DNA of 64,000 nucleotides from an uncultured Verrucomicrobiae bacterium (GCA_963815455.1 CAWFGO010000001.1:448001-512000); one strand, 5' to 3'. Counted from the stretch's first letter, positions 49,304 through 59,480 are shown. Program-made: numbers and translations. Notes: a model not told the origin generated them from the sequence alone.

Positions 49304-50317
49304 TTATTTCGTGCGCTTGAACTTGCCGGTATGAAGATAATTCATCACCAGCGTGGTGATGAAAGCCGAGACGCGAAAATCCTGCTGCGGATCGTCATTT
49401 AGAACATGCAGTTCGAGTTGATCGCACCGGTCGATCAACCGGGCGAGGAGTTTGTTTACCCGAAATTTTTTCTCGTTCGTCCACTGGCAGACTGAGTTCA
49501 GCAATCGCCGCCGGGTGCGGCGCAGATACGAGCTCGCTTTGATCCGCCCCGGGCCGGCTTGCGCAGCGAAAAGCTGGCGAAGATCGACATCGTAGAAATC
49601 CGGATACGTATCTTCAAAGAGTTTCCGTTTCCGCGCGTAATACGTCTTGAGTTTGACGTTCAGGCAATCGTAATCGGCCACCCGATATTTCGGCGCGTGA
49701 ACTGGCGGTTTTCCTGCAAGCGAACGCATCAGCTCATCGATGTATTCCAGCTTTCGGAGCGCCCGCCAACCAGCGTAACGCTCGCGCCAGTCCAGCCCAG
49801 GCGTCAGCCAGATCGCGAATGTCTCGGCGAAATCTTCGTCCGGGTGCGCTTGCGCGTACCAATCGTCGAGATGCATGACATAACTTCGGCTAAACGGCCG
49901 GGGCCGATAAAAACTGGGGGTGGATTCGCGCGACGTTCTCCCGAAAAACTTCTGCCACTTTTTTTTCCGCTGAAGTTGATAAGCATAGCTATAGGCATGG
50001 GCCGCCTCGTGCCGCATCAGTTTCATGAACCATTCGGCTGTCTCGCCCTCGACCTCGAGCATCATCGTCCGCTCCAGCGCCCGGAGCCGATCGTGGACGA
50101 GGAAAAACGGCACAAAAATCGCCGGAATACCGATCGGCACGAACCACTCATCGCCGATGTGAGTTGGCGGATGAAACGTAAGTCCCCTGGCCGAAAGCTC
50201 GTCGTAAAGCTGCTTGATCAGCGGTTCGAGCGGTGTCCCCTCCAACCGCAACCCGAGCGTCGAAATGCGGCGCTCGAGTAATTGTTCGTCGGTTAGGTTT
50301 GGCCAATCCGCATCCAT
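49304..50317 (-). CDS. Putative zinc-binding metallopeptidase (zincin)
   Basis: RHEAAH (HExxH) and YAQAHPDEDFAETFA. Confidence 0.8.
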   Translation of the reverse strand: MDADWPNLTDEQLLERRISTLGLRLEGTPLEPLIKQLYDELSARGLTFHPPTHIGDEWFVPIGIPAIFVPFFLVHDRLRALERTMMLEVEGETAEWFMKLMRHEAAHAYSYAYQLQRKKKWQKFFGRTSRESTPSFYRPRPFSRSYVMHLDDWYAQAHPDEDFAETFAIWLTPGLDWRERYAGWRALRKLEYIDELMRSLAGKPPVHAPKYRVADYDCLNVKLKTYYARKRKLFEDTYPDFYDVDLRQLFAAQAGPGRIKASSYLRRTRRRLLNSVCQWTNEKKFRVNKLLARLIDRCDQLELHVLNDDPQQDFRVSAFITTLVMNYLHTGKFKRTK

Positions 50318-50486
50318 TCAGCGCACCGTATCAGTCCGCGCGAGCGTCGCAAATCACGTTGAACATCGAACGTTAAACATTGAACGTCTTATTTGATGTC
50401 GAACTCTTTTCAAATCCGCTTCACGCTTCGAACGAAGGACGCCCGCTCTGCCAACGGCTCGGATTCATCGCGGACTTTTTTTTGGA

Positions 50487-50954
50487 TCAGATCAATGCCT
50501 GAACCGCTTTCAAATCGGGATCTTTTTTGGCGAGATCGCGAAAGGAAGAGTCCATATCGAAACTGGTTTGGAGATGAACCTTGGCGTCGCGGACATTCCC
50601 GAGCAGCGCATCGTAACAGCCCATGTTGTAGTAGTAGATCGGTTCGTTGAGCAAAGCGGCGGGTCCTTTGAGCAAAGTTTTCTTCGCTTCGGCGGTTTTC
50701 CCCAGTTCGTGCAGACAAAAACCGGCATGGAGGAATCCGGTGCTGCATTCGGGCGCGATGCGAATCAATCTCCGGCTCACTCGTAACGCGTGGAACCAGC
50801 ATTTCTTGCGCATCAGATTATGCAAGCGCAGCTGTAAAACTTCCGGGCGATCCTGGAACTCGTCCTCAATGGCGTTGAGTTCGACCATGGATTCCCGGAT
50901 CATGTCCAGTTCCGCGTAGCCGCAGGCTGCTACCAGATGACGTTCGAAGCTCAC
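50487..50954 (-). CDS. TPR protein
   Basis: YYNMGCYDALLG, AKKDPDL TPR-end motif. Confidence 0.75.
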   Translation of the reverse strand: MSFERHLVAACGYAELDMIRESMVELNAIEDEFQDRPEVLQLRLHNLMRKKCWFHALRVSRRLIRIAPECSTGFLHAGFCLHELGKTAEAKKTLLKGPAALLNEPIYYYNMGCYDALLGNVRDAKVHLQTSFDMDSSFRDLAKKDPDLKAVQALI

Positions 50955-50984
50955 GGAACACTCCCTTAAGCAAAGACCTTGCCA

Positions 50985-51053
50985 TGTAGCCGCGGGCGCT
51001 GACCGCGGCTCCCCCGCGCTTTCGACAACCGGGGTCAGCGCCCCCGGCTACAG
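50985..51053. repeat. GTAG REP doublet, same family as the one in rarA; supplies the pepF stop codon
   Basis: tgtagccgcgggcgctgaccgcgg ... ccggggtcagcgcccccggctacag. Confidence 0.8.
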
Positions 51054-52856
51054 TAGCAGCTCTTCCAGTTCGGCGATCCGCCGGTCGAACAATTGCAACG
51101 TGCTCTCGATCGGCGCGGAGGTTGCCATGTCTACCCCGGCCGTTTTCAACGTTTCCAGCGGGAACTTCGATCCGCCGGAACGCAGGAAATCAAGATATGC
51201 ATCCACGCTCCCCCGCTCGCCGGCCAGAACGCGCTGGGAAAGGGTCACCGCGGCGGAAATTCCGGTGGCATATTTATAAACGTAGAACGCATGATAAAAA
51301 TGCGGGATGCGCAGGCATTCCAGGTCGAGCTGCGGATCGAGGACGAAGTTTTCGGCAAAATAGGCTTCGAGGAGCTTGTGATACTCCGATTTGAAAACGT
51401 CGAGAGTGAGCGCGTCGCCGCTTTCTTCAATCGCGTGGATGATTTTCTCAAACTCGGCGAACATAGTCTGCCGAAAAAGTGTGCCGCGAATGTCGTCGAT
51501 CTGCCGGTTGATGATGTAAGCGCGCATCTTGGGATCCTTGGTCTGATCGAGGAGATGATGCGTGAGCAGCTCTTCGTTAAACGTCGACGCCACTTCGGCC
51601 AGAAAAATCGGGTAATCGTAATCTTGAAATAGCTGCGTCCTTTTCGCGAACCAACTGTGCATGGAATGCCCGGCCTCGTGCGCGAGCGTGTAAACATCGG
51701 AGAAAACATCCTCCTTGTAATTCATGAGGATGTAAGGCGGCGCTTCGTAGCTGCCGGATGAAAATGCGCCGCTTCTTTTTCCTTTCGTCTCGTAGCGATC
51801 GCACCAGCGGTTGCGCAAACCCTCGGCCAGAACATCGACATATTCTTTCCCCAGCGGGGCCAGCGCGCCCAGGACCATTTCGATTGCCTCACCGAAACTG
51901 GTGTAGGTCTCGATCTCGGGGACCAGCGGGACGTAAGTGTCGTAATGATGCAGCTCGGGCAAACCAAGGACGCGCCGGCGCAAGTCGAAATAGCGAAACA
52001 GCGGCTGCAAATTCGCACGAACCGATTTGATCAACCCGTTGTAAACCGACACCGGGACGTCGTCGGGGAAAAGCGCTTCCTCCAGCGCAGACGGGTAATG
52101 CCGGGCGCGTGCCTCGAAAATGTCGCCCTTAACCGAGTAAGCCAAAGCGGCTGCGAGCGTGTACTGATGATCTTGAAACTCGGCGTAGAACTGATGAAAC
52201 GCGCGTTTGCGCAAATCGTGATCGCGTTTGACCAGGAACGAGCTGAACGAACTTTGGGTGAGTGCTTTTTCACGCCCGGTCTCGTCGATAAGAACACCAA
52301 ACTTCATATCGACATCGGTGAGCTGCGAAAAGGTATCGTCGTACCCGCTGAGCGCGACGCTTCCGAGCGCGAGAATGCGTTCCTCCGGCTCGGAGAGGAC
52401 GTGCGGTTTCATCCGGCGGATCTTCTGCAACCTGATCCGCCAATCTTTCAGCGCAGGATCGATAACGAACTTGGCAAACTTCTCATCCTCGATCGCCTGA
52501 ATCTCGGGAACGACGAAAGCCGATGTCTCGCCGATTTTGGTCAGCAAATTCTGCATCTGACCGACACGCGCGAGGTAATCGTTGTTGGCGCTATCTTCCG
52601 CGAGTTGAAGCGAGGCAAAGTGATAGAGCCGCTCAATTTTCAGCTCGAGCGATTTCTCGAACTCGAGGCAGTCCGCCAGATCCTTGGCTGATGCGCCGAG
52701 CTTGCCTTTCCATTCCGTGATCCGCGGATAGGTCTGCTGAACCCAGGCAAAATCTTCCTGCCATTTCCCGACGTTAGCGAAAAGGAGGGCCAGGTCCCAC
52801 TTGTCGGAATCGGGGATATCGGCGCGGCTCGGTGTTTGGCTGGAAGACATTGGCAA
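51048..52856 (-). CDS. pepF: Oligoendopeptidase F (M3B)
   Basis: KRSGAFS, TLAHEAGHSMH, FLAEVAST, RIPHFY, YVYKYATG. Confidence 0.95.
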   Translation of the reverse strand: MPMSSSQTPSRADIPDSDKWDLALLFANVGKWQEDFAWVQQTYPRITEWKGKLGASAKDLADCLEFEKSLELKIERLYHFASLQLAEDSANNDYLARVGQMQNLLTKIGETSAFVVPEIQAIEDEKFAKFVIDPALKDWRIRLQKIRRMKPHVLSEPEERILALGSVALSGYDDTFSQLTDVDMKFGVLIDETGREKALTQSSFSSFLVKRDHDLRKRAFHQFYAEFQDHQYTLAAALAYSVKGDIFEARARHYPSALEEALFPDDVPVSVYNGLIKSVRANLQPLFRYFDLRRRVLGLPELHHYDTYVPLVPEIETYTSFGEAIEMVLGALAPLGKEYVDVLAEGLRNRWCDRYETKGKRSGAFSSGSYEAPPYILMNYKEDVFSDVYTLAHEAGHSMHSWFAKRTQLFQDYDYPIFLAEVASTFNEELLTHHLLDQTKDPKMRAYIINRQIDDIRGTLFRQTMFAEFEKIIHAIEESGDALTLDVFKSEYHKLLEAYFAENFVLDPQLDLECLRIPHFYHAFYVYKYATGISAAVTLSQRVLAGERGSVDAYLDFLRSGGSKFPLETLKTAGVDMATSAPIESTLQLFDRRIAELEELLL

Positions 52857-52894
52857 CTTTCAACGCTCAACGTCCAACGCTCAACGTTCAATTT
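52854..52894. repeat. Heptamer tandem repeat (CAACGYY); related arrays at 60904-60930 and 50361-50388
   Basis: caacttt caacgct caacgtc caacgct caacgtt caattt. Confidence 0.75.
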
Positions 52895-52903
52895 CCATCC
52901 CCG

Positions 52904-53569
52904 TCATCCCGAGCGCAGTCGAGGGATCCCGCGATGTGACCTTGAAGCTGATGCCGCGAGATTCTTCATCGCCGGATGTCGCGCAATGCTACGCAGCGCT
53001 TTCTCGAGCAATTCTTTTCCGGGCGAAATCTTATGCCAGGGCGACGCGCCGGAGGGATGCGGCAACGGAATTAGATCGACATCGACATTCGCGCGCTCGA
53101 TCCGGAATGCGCGGCCAATGATTTTATCCAGCTTACGGCAATCAATAAACTGAGTGATCGCCAGGCGGCCCACCGGAATCACGAGGCGCGGTTTCAAGAT
53201 CGCGAATTCTTCATTCATCCATGAGGAACAATTTAGAATTTCGTCGGGAGCGGGCACCCGATCGCTTCCACCGGAGTTTTTTCCTGGGAAACACCGGCAG
53301 ACCGCGGCGAAGTAGATGGTCGATCGCACGGTTGCTTCGTTCATTCCGCAGAATTCTTCAAACCAACGGAACAGAGTCTTGCCGGCGGTATGGGCAAATG
53401 GCCGTTGCAACACTGGTTCACGTGGCCCGGGCGCCTGACCGATGATCATGACGTCGCTCACGACCGCGCCGCCTGAGACAGGCGTGGATCTCATTCGCGG
53501 GCAGCGGCGGCACTTCACGAGTTGCGCTACGTGCCGACGGAGCTGGATTTGTCGGGGCGACGCCGCCAT
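52904..53569 (-). CDS. Uracil-DNA glycosylase superfamily protein (Fe-S type)
   Basis: CRRC, IGQAPG, CRCFPG...C, PLPHPSG. Confidence 0.85.
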   Translation of the reverse strand: MAASPRQIQLRRHVAQLVKCRRCPRMRSTPVSGGAVVSDVMIIGQAPGPREPVLQRPFAHTAGKTLFRWFEEFCGMNEATVRSTIYFAAVCRCFPGKNSGGSDRVPAPDEILNCSSWMNEEFAILKPRLVIPVGRLAITQFIDCRKLDKIIGRAFRIERANVDVDLIPLPHPSGASPWHKISPGKELLEKALRSIARHPAMKNLAASASRSHRGIPRLRSG

Positions 53570-53781
53570 CAGCGTCGGAAGATCGACAACAGCAAGCTGA
53601 GCAGGATGCTGATGATAATACAGGTGACGATTGGGAAATAGAACGCGGAGTGTTCGCGCTCGATTCGGATGTCGCCGGGCAAACGCCCCAGCCATCCCGG
53701 CGCGAAACCGCTCCAGAGCATTAGACCGACCAACGTCATGATCACGCCGATAACGACGATAAATTTACCGACCTCGCGCAT
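53569..53781 (-). CDS. DUF2905 small membrane protein
   Basis: LGRLPGDIRIE...FYFPIVTCIIIS. Confidence 0.85.
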   Translation of the reverse strand: MREVGKFIVVIGVIMTLVGLMLWSGFAPGWLGRLPGDIRIEREHSAFYFPIVTCIIISILLSLLLSIFRR

Positions 53782-53831
53782 TTGATGGAGAAGGTTGCGC
53801 GAATCGAACGGAGGCACAAGGTTGAGACCCG

Positions 53832-54795
53832 ATGGCGGTGCAGTTTAGAGATTATTACGAAACCCTGGGCGTGAAGAAGACGGCCAGTGACGATGAGATT
53901 CGCAGCGCGTTTCGCAAGCTGGCGCGCAAGTATCATCCCGACGTGGCCAAGGACAAAAAAGCCGCGGAGGAGAAATTTAAGGAAATCAACGAGGCCTACG
54001 AAGTACTAAGCGATAAGGAAAAGCGCCAGAAAGTACGATCAGCTCGGGGCGAACTGGAACCAGCCCGGCGGATTTCAACCCCCGCCCGGTTGGGGAGCAC
54101 AGCAGCCCGGGGGCGGCTTTCGTCAATACGAATGGCGCGGCGGAGATAATGGTGGGGTTGAGTTCGAGTTTGGGGGCACAGGTTTCAGCGATTTTTTTGA
54201 AGCGTTCTTCGGCGGTGGCCGCGGGCAATCGGCTTTCGGCGGATTCGGCAGGCAACAGGCCACGGCCGAGCGCGGAGCCGACGTGGAAGCGGACATCATG
54301 GTCACGCTCGAGGAGGCATTCCATGGATCGACCCGAACGATCTCGCTGCGGCGGGCCGGTTCGAACAAGGTTGAAAACTATCAGGTTAAGATTCCGCGCG
54401 GCGTTCATGAAGGCCAGCGCATCCGTCTGGCTGGTCAAGGCGAAGCTGGCTCCCGCGGCGGAAAGAGTGGCGATCTATTTCTGCGTGTTCGTCTGGCCCG
54501 ACATCCTGATTTCACGGTCGAAGGCAGCGATCTCATTCACGAAGAGAAGATCGCGCCGTGGCAAGCAGTGCTCGGGACTGAAATTGAAGTCCCAACTCTC
54601 GAAGGAACCGTGCGCCTGAAAATTCCGCCCGGCACACAGGGCGGGCAACGCTTCCGTTTGCGCGAGCGCGGTTTGGCCGGAGTCTCAGGAACGCGGGGCA
54701 ATCTCTATGTCGATGTTCAAATCGACGTGCCAAAGAAACTCACGGAGCGCGAGCGCAAGGCCTGGGACGAATTGGCAAAATTGCATGATGGTTAA
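53832..54795 (+). CDS. cbpA: DnaJ/CbpA-family J-domain chaperone (extra A near 54030)
   Basis: J-domain with HPD, G/F-rich region, DnaJ C-terminal domains; no Zn finger. Confidence 0.85.
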
Positions 54796-54849
54796 GATCG
54801 ACATCTTTCTCGACAAACGGCCGCGTGTGTAATCTAACAAGATGATTAC

Positions 54850-55281
54850 ATGAAGATTTCGCTCGGTACAGATCACGCTGGTTTTCGTTACAAGGAAAAG
54901 GTAAAGGAATTGCTCAACTCGCTCGGGCACGAAGTGAAGGACTTCGGAACTTTTAACGAGGAGCCGGTTGATTATCCGGTCTTCATCCGGCCGGCGGCGG
55001 AAGCGGTTGCGCGGGGCGAATGCGAGAGAGGGATCGTTTTCGGCGGATCAGGGAACGGCGAAGCGATGACTGCTAACAAGGTGCACGGTGTGCGTTGCGC
55101 GCTTTGCTGGAACGAAGAGAGCGCCCGGCTTTCACGTCAGCACAATGACGCCAACGTGCTTTCCCTCGGTCAACGAATGGTCCCGGAGGATTTGGCACTC
55201 CAGATCGTGCGGGTCTGGTTGGAAACGCCTTTCGAAGGCGGACGCCACGTAAAACGGGTCGAACAGCTCAACGCCATGTAG
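54850..55281 (+). CDS. rpiB: Ribose-5-phosphate isomerase B
   Basis: GTDHAG, DYP, GGSGNGE, ANKVHG, HNDANVL, FEGGRH. Confidence 0.95.
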   Translation: MKISLGTDHAGFRYKEKVKELLNSLGHEVKDFGTFNEEPVDYPVFIRPAAEAVARGECERGIVFGGSGNGEAMTANKVHGVRCALCWNEESARLSRQHNDANVLSLGQRMVPEDLALQIVRVWLETPFEGGRHVKRVEQLNAM

Positions 55282-55296
55282 GGAGCGGTTCAGCGC

Positions 55297-56187
55297 CTAC
55301 CTGAACAATCGATCCAGACACACCGCCAGCAGGAAAACCGCGCTAACGAAGGCGTTGCTCTGAAAAAAAGCGCGATTGATCCCGGCCAGATCAAGCTTTG
55401 TGGTCTTATGCTCGTAAAATAGCGCCGCCGCGACCAACGGCATCGCGCAATAATAAACGAGGCCGAGGTTCGCGGCGAAGCCGAACGCAATCAGCGTTCC
55501 AAACAGGACCAGATGCAGCAATTGTGCGAGCCGAAGGCTGCGAGCAATTCCAAGCTTCACTACCAACGATCGAATATTCTCGCGGCGATCGAAATCGTAG
55601 TCTTGCGTCGCGTAGATCAGGTCGAATCCGGCAACCCAACAAATCACCCCGGCTGCCAGCACAATTGGCGCAAGATCGACATGTCCGGTTTGCGCGATCC
55701 AGGCGCCGACGGGAGCAATCCCCAGCGCGAGGCCGAGGAAAAAATGGGTCGCGCTGGTGAAACGCTTGGTCAGCGAGTAGGAAAAAATGATGACCAACGC
55801 GAGCGGCGAGAGCAAAAAAGTCAACCGGTTGATGGCGGCCGCGGCAGTGAGGAACCCGGCTGAACTGATCGCGAGCCAAGCGATCGCGGCCGATCTTGAA
55901 AGCAGCAAATGGCGAGATGCCGTACGCGGGTTGCGCTGATCGAGCGACCAATCAACGATCCGGTTGAAGAGCATCGCGGCCGTCCGAGCGAATATCATGC
56001 AGACGAGCACGAGCAGGAATATTCGTAGCGAAGGCCAGCCGTCTGACGCCACAATCAGTGCGCCCACGGCGAACGGGAGCGCGAAAATTGTATGTGAAAA
56101 ACGGATCAGCCGGAGGAAACGAACCGGCGCGCTGCCGGACGCAGTTTCACTGTGCGATTGTCGATGTTGCAATTCGGTGGTCTTCAT
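55297..56187 (-). CDS. UbiA-family prenyltransferase (UbiA/MqnP-like)
   Basis: HTIFALPF, NRIVDWSLDQRNPRTASR, YSLTKRF, AGFDLIYATQDYDFD. Confidence 0.88.
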   Translation of the reverse strand: MKTTELQHRQSHSETASGSAPVRFLRLIRFSHTIFALPFAVGALIVASDGWPSLRIFLLVLVCMIFARTAAMLFNRIVDWSLDQRNPRTASRHLLLSRSAAIAWLAISSAGFLTAAAAINRLTFLLSPLALVIIFSYSLTKRFTSATHFFLGLALGIAPVGAWIAQTGHVDLAPIVLAAGVICWVAGFDLIYATQDYDFDRRENIRSLVVKLGIARSLRLAQLLHLVLFGTLIAFGFAANLGLVYYCAMPLVAAALFYEHKTTKLDLAGINRAFFQSNAFVSAVFLLAVCLDRLFR

Positions 56188-56798
56188 TACAGATCGACGT
56201 CCAGCAAGCGCTGCAGGCGCTCGCCGGCCCGGGATAGGATCGGCGGTCCGTGGGCGAAAAGCATTCGCTCCGCCTTGTAACCGAGAAGTTTTCGCAATGA
56301 GCGCCGCATTTCTTTCTGGCTAACGCAGTACTTGGCCGGCAGCAAAGTGAAGCCGTAAGGCTCGAAGTTGATCAGCGCGTCGCCGACGATCAATGCTCCA
56401 CCGCTTGGCGCATGGAAGAGAGCAATCTCGCCCGCTACGGCACCGTCGATCTCGATGACCTGCAGCTCGTCGCTTATCTTGTCGCCATCGGCCACGGCCT
56501 CGAAATTGACCGGCCCCTCACCCGGAAGCGACCCGGCCCGGGCCAAAATCGGAACCGAAAACTTCTCGGCAAATTGGGCGACGGCGCGGCAATGATTGGA
56601 GTTGGTGACAATGATGCCGGTCACGGTTCCCGGAAGCTCGGCAAGGGCGGCATCGGCCAGCGGAATTGGATCCACCAAGTAGATCCCGCTGGCTGTGGCA
56701 ATCGCACTGGAGAAAAGGTCGGCCTTGACGGCCGGATCGTAGGCTTGCCAGAGGAAAAGAGAAGGGGGCAGCTGAACCAGTTCGGCGGCGGCGACCAT
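56187..56798 (-). CDS. Metallo-beta-lactamase-fold protein with a degenerate metal motif
   Basis: LVDP, IVTNSNHCR, IVGDAL, FAHG. Confidence 0.7.
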   Translation of the reverse strand: MVAAAELVQLPPSLFLWQAYDPAVKADLFSSAIATASGIYLVDPIPLADAALAELPGTVTGIIVTNSNHCRAVAQFAEKFSVPILARAGSLPGEGPVNFEAVADGDKISDELQVIEIDGAVAGEIALFHAPSGGALIVGDALINFEPYGFTLLPAKYCVSQKEMRRSLRKLLGYKAERMLFAHGPPILSRAGERLQRLLDVDL

Positions 56799-56910
56799 GG
56801 CGTTGGGAGTGTCGTTGATCGGGTTAGGCGAAACAAGCGATGACGCCTCGTGACGCGAGGGGAAACAGCCGTGGCATTATAGCTGCTATACAGCTTATAA
56901 TTACTAGAAT

Positions 56911-58134
56911 ATGACTACCTTCTCCTACCAAGCACGAGACGCCTCCGGGCGGATCATCTCCGGCGTCCACGACGCCCTGAACGAAGATAACGCAATTACC
57001 AGTCTCATGAGTCGCGGACTCATGGTGCTCTCACTGCAACAAAAGGCCGTCGCCACCAAGGCGCACAAACGCATTTGGTCGGTAAAAGAAACCGATCTCG
57101 TTCTGTTTACTCGCCAGCTTTCGACCATGGTCGAGGCCGGCATTTCGCTCGTCCAGGCGTTGACCGCTCTTTACGAGCAATGCGATCCGAAACGGCAGCG
57201 CAGCCTTAGGGCAGTCATCACCGACGTGACGACCCGGGTGCAAGGCGGCGAAACTTTTTACGAATCGATCTCGAAACATCCCCGCGTTTTCAACCGGTTG
57301 TTCGTTAGCATGGTGAAAGCGGGCGAAGCCGGCGGTTTGCTTGCCGAAATTCTCGACCGCCTGGCCGGCTTCCTCGAAGCCAACGCGCGGCTCCGCAAGA
57401 AAGTGAAATCAGCGATGACCTATCCGGTGATCGTGATCTGCATCGCCTTTGCCATTACCACGTTCCTGATTGTGCGCGTAGTCCCGATTTTTGGCGAAAT
57501 CTTCAAGGATTTCGGCGCGAAATTGCCCGCTCCCACTCAGTTCCTGATCGATGTGAGCGATTTCGTTCGCGGCGAATGGTACTTCCTCGTCCTGGGAATC
57601 GGTGCGGCGATCTTTGGCAGCCGCGCGTTCCTGCGCTCGAAGCGCGGCAAGCAGTGGAGCGATCGTTACAAACTCAAGCTCCCCATCTTCGGACCTCTCA
57701 TCCACAAGATTTGCATGTCCAGATTTGCCCGCACGTTCGCTCAGCTCATTCGCAGCGGCGTGCCAATCCTCGAAGTGCTCGACATCGTCGGCGGCACGTC
57801 GGGCAACCATGTGATCGAGACCGACATCAAGTCGGTGAGCATAGACGTTGAAAAGGGAGACAACCTTTCCACCGCTCTTTCCAAGAAGAAGATTTTCCCG
57901 CCAATGTTGCTACGAATGGTCGCTGCCGGTGAGGCCACCGGCAAGATCGACAGCATGCTCGAAAAGATGGCCGATTTCTGGGATGAAGAAATCGAGGCCA
58001 TGCTCGATGCCCTGACCTCGTTGATCGAGCCGTTGCTCATCGTCTTTCTCGGGGTCATCGTCGGCGGAATCGTCATCGCCATGTTCCTGCCGATCTTCAA
58101 ATTGAACGAAGTAGTTTCGCAGAGCAAAAGCTAG
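56911..58134 (+). CDS. pilC: Type IV pilus/T2SS inner-membrane platform protein (PilC/GspF)
   Basis: FTRQLSTMVEAG, MVKAGEAGG, SAMTYP, MVAAGEATG, LIEP...AMFLPIF. Confidence 0.9.
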   Translation: MTTFSYQARDASGRIISGVHDALNEDNAITSLMSRGLMVLSLQQKAVATKAHKRIWSVKETDLVLFTRQLSTMVEAGISLVQALTALYEQCDPKRQRSLRAVITDVTTRVQGGETFYESISKHPRVFNRLFVSMVKAGEAGGLLAEILDRLAGFLEANARLRKKVKSAMTYPVIVICIAFAITTFLIVRVVPIFGEIFKDFGAKLPAPTQFLIDVSDFVRGEWYFLVLGIGAAIFGSRAFLRSKRGKQWSDRYKLKLPIFGPLIHKICMSRFARTFAQLIRSGVPILEVLDIVGGTSGNHVIETDIKSVSIDVEKGDNLSTALSKKKIFPPMLLRMVAAGEATGKIDSMLEKMADFWDEEIEAMLDALTSLIEPLLIVFLGVIVGGIVIAMFLPIFKLNEVVSQSKS

Positions 58135-58155
58135 GAGAAGCTGCTCGTGGACAGG

Positions 58156-58186
58156 AAGGGGGCGGATCGAAAGGTCCGCCCCTTTT
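58156..58186 (+). terminator. Intrinsic terminator after pilC
   Basis: GGGCGGATC-GAAA-GGTCCGCCC followed by TTTTT. Confidence 0.8.
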
Positions 58187-58217
58187 TGTCATTTCGGCCG
58201 GACCCTATGTTCGGACC

Positions 58218-59468
58218 CTATGTTTCTGGATTCATTGGAAAATGTTTGTTCTTGAGACGCTCCGGAACGCGCTTCGTTTGTTCCCTCTCGATCTTCTCGG
58301 TGGCTTCATTGAGCGCATCGTAGGCTTCGCGGCTTTTCTTTGCCCGGCACATGTAGGCGGTAGCGTGCGCGAGAGGAATTCGCGCTTCGGGCAGACCGAC
58401 GAATTCGACGGCTTGTTGAGTCGCGATGGCCAGAGGCAATGCTTCCGGATCGGCCAGGCCGACGTCCTCGCTGGCGAAGATCACAATCCGCCTCGCGATG
58501 AAGCGAAAATCTTCTCCCGCGTGCAGCATTTTCGCCAGCCAGTATATCGCGTTTTTTTCATCCGACGCGCGCATGCTCTTAATGAATGCGCTGATCGTGT
58601 CGTAGTGCGCGTCGCCGGCGCGATCGTAAACGACCGCTTTTTGCTGAATGCTTTCTTCGGCAACCGCGATGGTGAAATGAATCGCGCCTTTGCTGTAGCC
58701 GGGGGCGTTGACCCCGGCTTGCCGAGCCTCTCTTTCACGCCGAGCCCGGCCGGGGTCAGCGCCCCCGGCTACAGTTGGCGGCGTCGTGAGCACGCCGATT
58801 TCTAAGGCGTTCAAGCATTTGCGGGCGTCGCCGTCGCTTAGCTTGGCCAGATGACGACGCGCGTCCTTGTCGATGTTCACATTGTAGTTTCCGAGGCCAC
58901 GTTCCTTATCGCCCAAAGCGCGATCGATTAATGCCTCGAGCTGCTCGACCCGGAGCGGCTCGAGTTGGAAAACTTGCGAGCGGGAGACGAGCGCGCTGTT
59001 CACGTAGAAAAACGGATTGTAGGTCGTCGCGCCGATCAGCCGCAGATTTCCCGCTTCGACATCGGGCAAGAGAATGTCCTGCTGCGCCTTGTTGAAGTGA
59101 TGAATCTCATCAATGAACAAGATCGTTTTCTGCCCGGACGTCTTCAGACGGTTAGCAGCCGATGCAATCACGCGCCGCATCTCGGCGACGTTGCTTTCCA
59201 CTCCACTCAAGCGAATGAATTTTGAGTTCGTCATTTCCGCGATGACGTAGGCCAGCGTCGTCTTGCCCGTGCCGGGCGGACCGGAAAAAATCACGGATGG
59301 GAGGCGATCGGCTTCAATGGCGCGGCGAAGGAGCTTTCCAGGCGCGAGAATGTGTTCCTGGCCCACAAATTCATCCAGGGACCGCGGCCGCATCCGTGCG
59401 GCCAAAGGTGCAGCGGCATCGACCTTCTTTGCGGTCTCGCTTTCCTCGGTTGTGAACAGGTCGTTCAC
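58218..59468 (-). CDS. rarA: Replication-associated recombination protein A (MgsA/RarA) with an in-frame REP insertion
   Basis: PLAARMRP, GPPGTGKTT, IDEIHHFNKAQQD, HYDTISAFIKS, ASEDVGLAD. Confidence 0.93.
   Translation of the reverse strand: MNDLFTTEESETAKKVDAAAPLAARMRPRSLDEFVGQEHILAPGKLLRRAIEADRLPSVIFSGPPGTGKTTLAYVIAEMTNSKFIRLSGVESNVAEMRRVIASAANRLKTSGQKTILFIDEIHHFNKAQQDILLPDVEAGNLRLIGATTYNPFFYVNSALVSRSQVFQLEPLRVEQLEALIDRALGDKERGLGNYNVNIDKDARRHLAKLSDGDARKCLNALEIGVLTTPPTVAGGADPGRARREREARQAGVNAPGYSKGAIHFTIAVAEESIQQKAVVYDRAGDAHYDTISAFIKSMRASDEKNAIYWLAKMLHAGEDFRFIARRIVIFASEDVGLADPEALPLAIATQQAVEFVGLPEARIPLAHATAYMCRAKKSREAYDALNEATEKIEREQTKRVPERLKNKHFPMNPET
58693..58774. repeat. GTAG REP doublet inside rarA
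   Basis: ctgtagccgggggcgttgaccccggc ... gccggggtcagcgcccccggctacag. Confidence 0.85.
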
Positions 59469-59480
59469 GGGAATCTGCCA

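Noticed and set aside
58199..58224. 13-bp tandem duplication at the rarA end (also an 11-bp duplication near 38991)
   Set aside because: Two-copy micro-duplications with no evident function.
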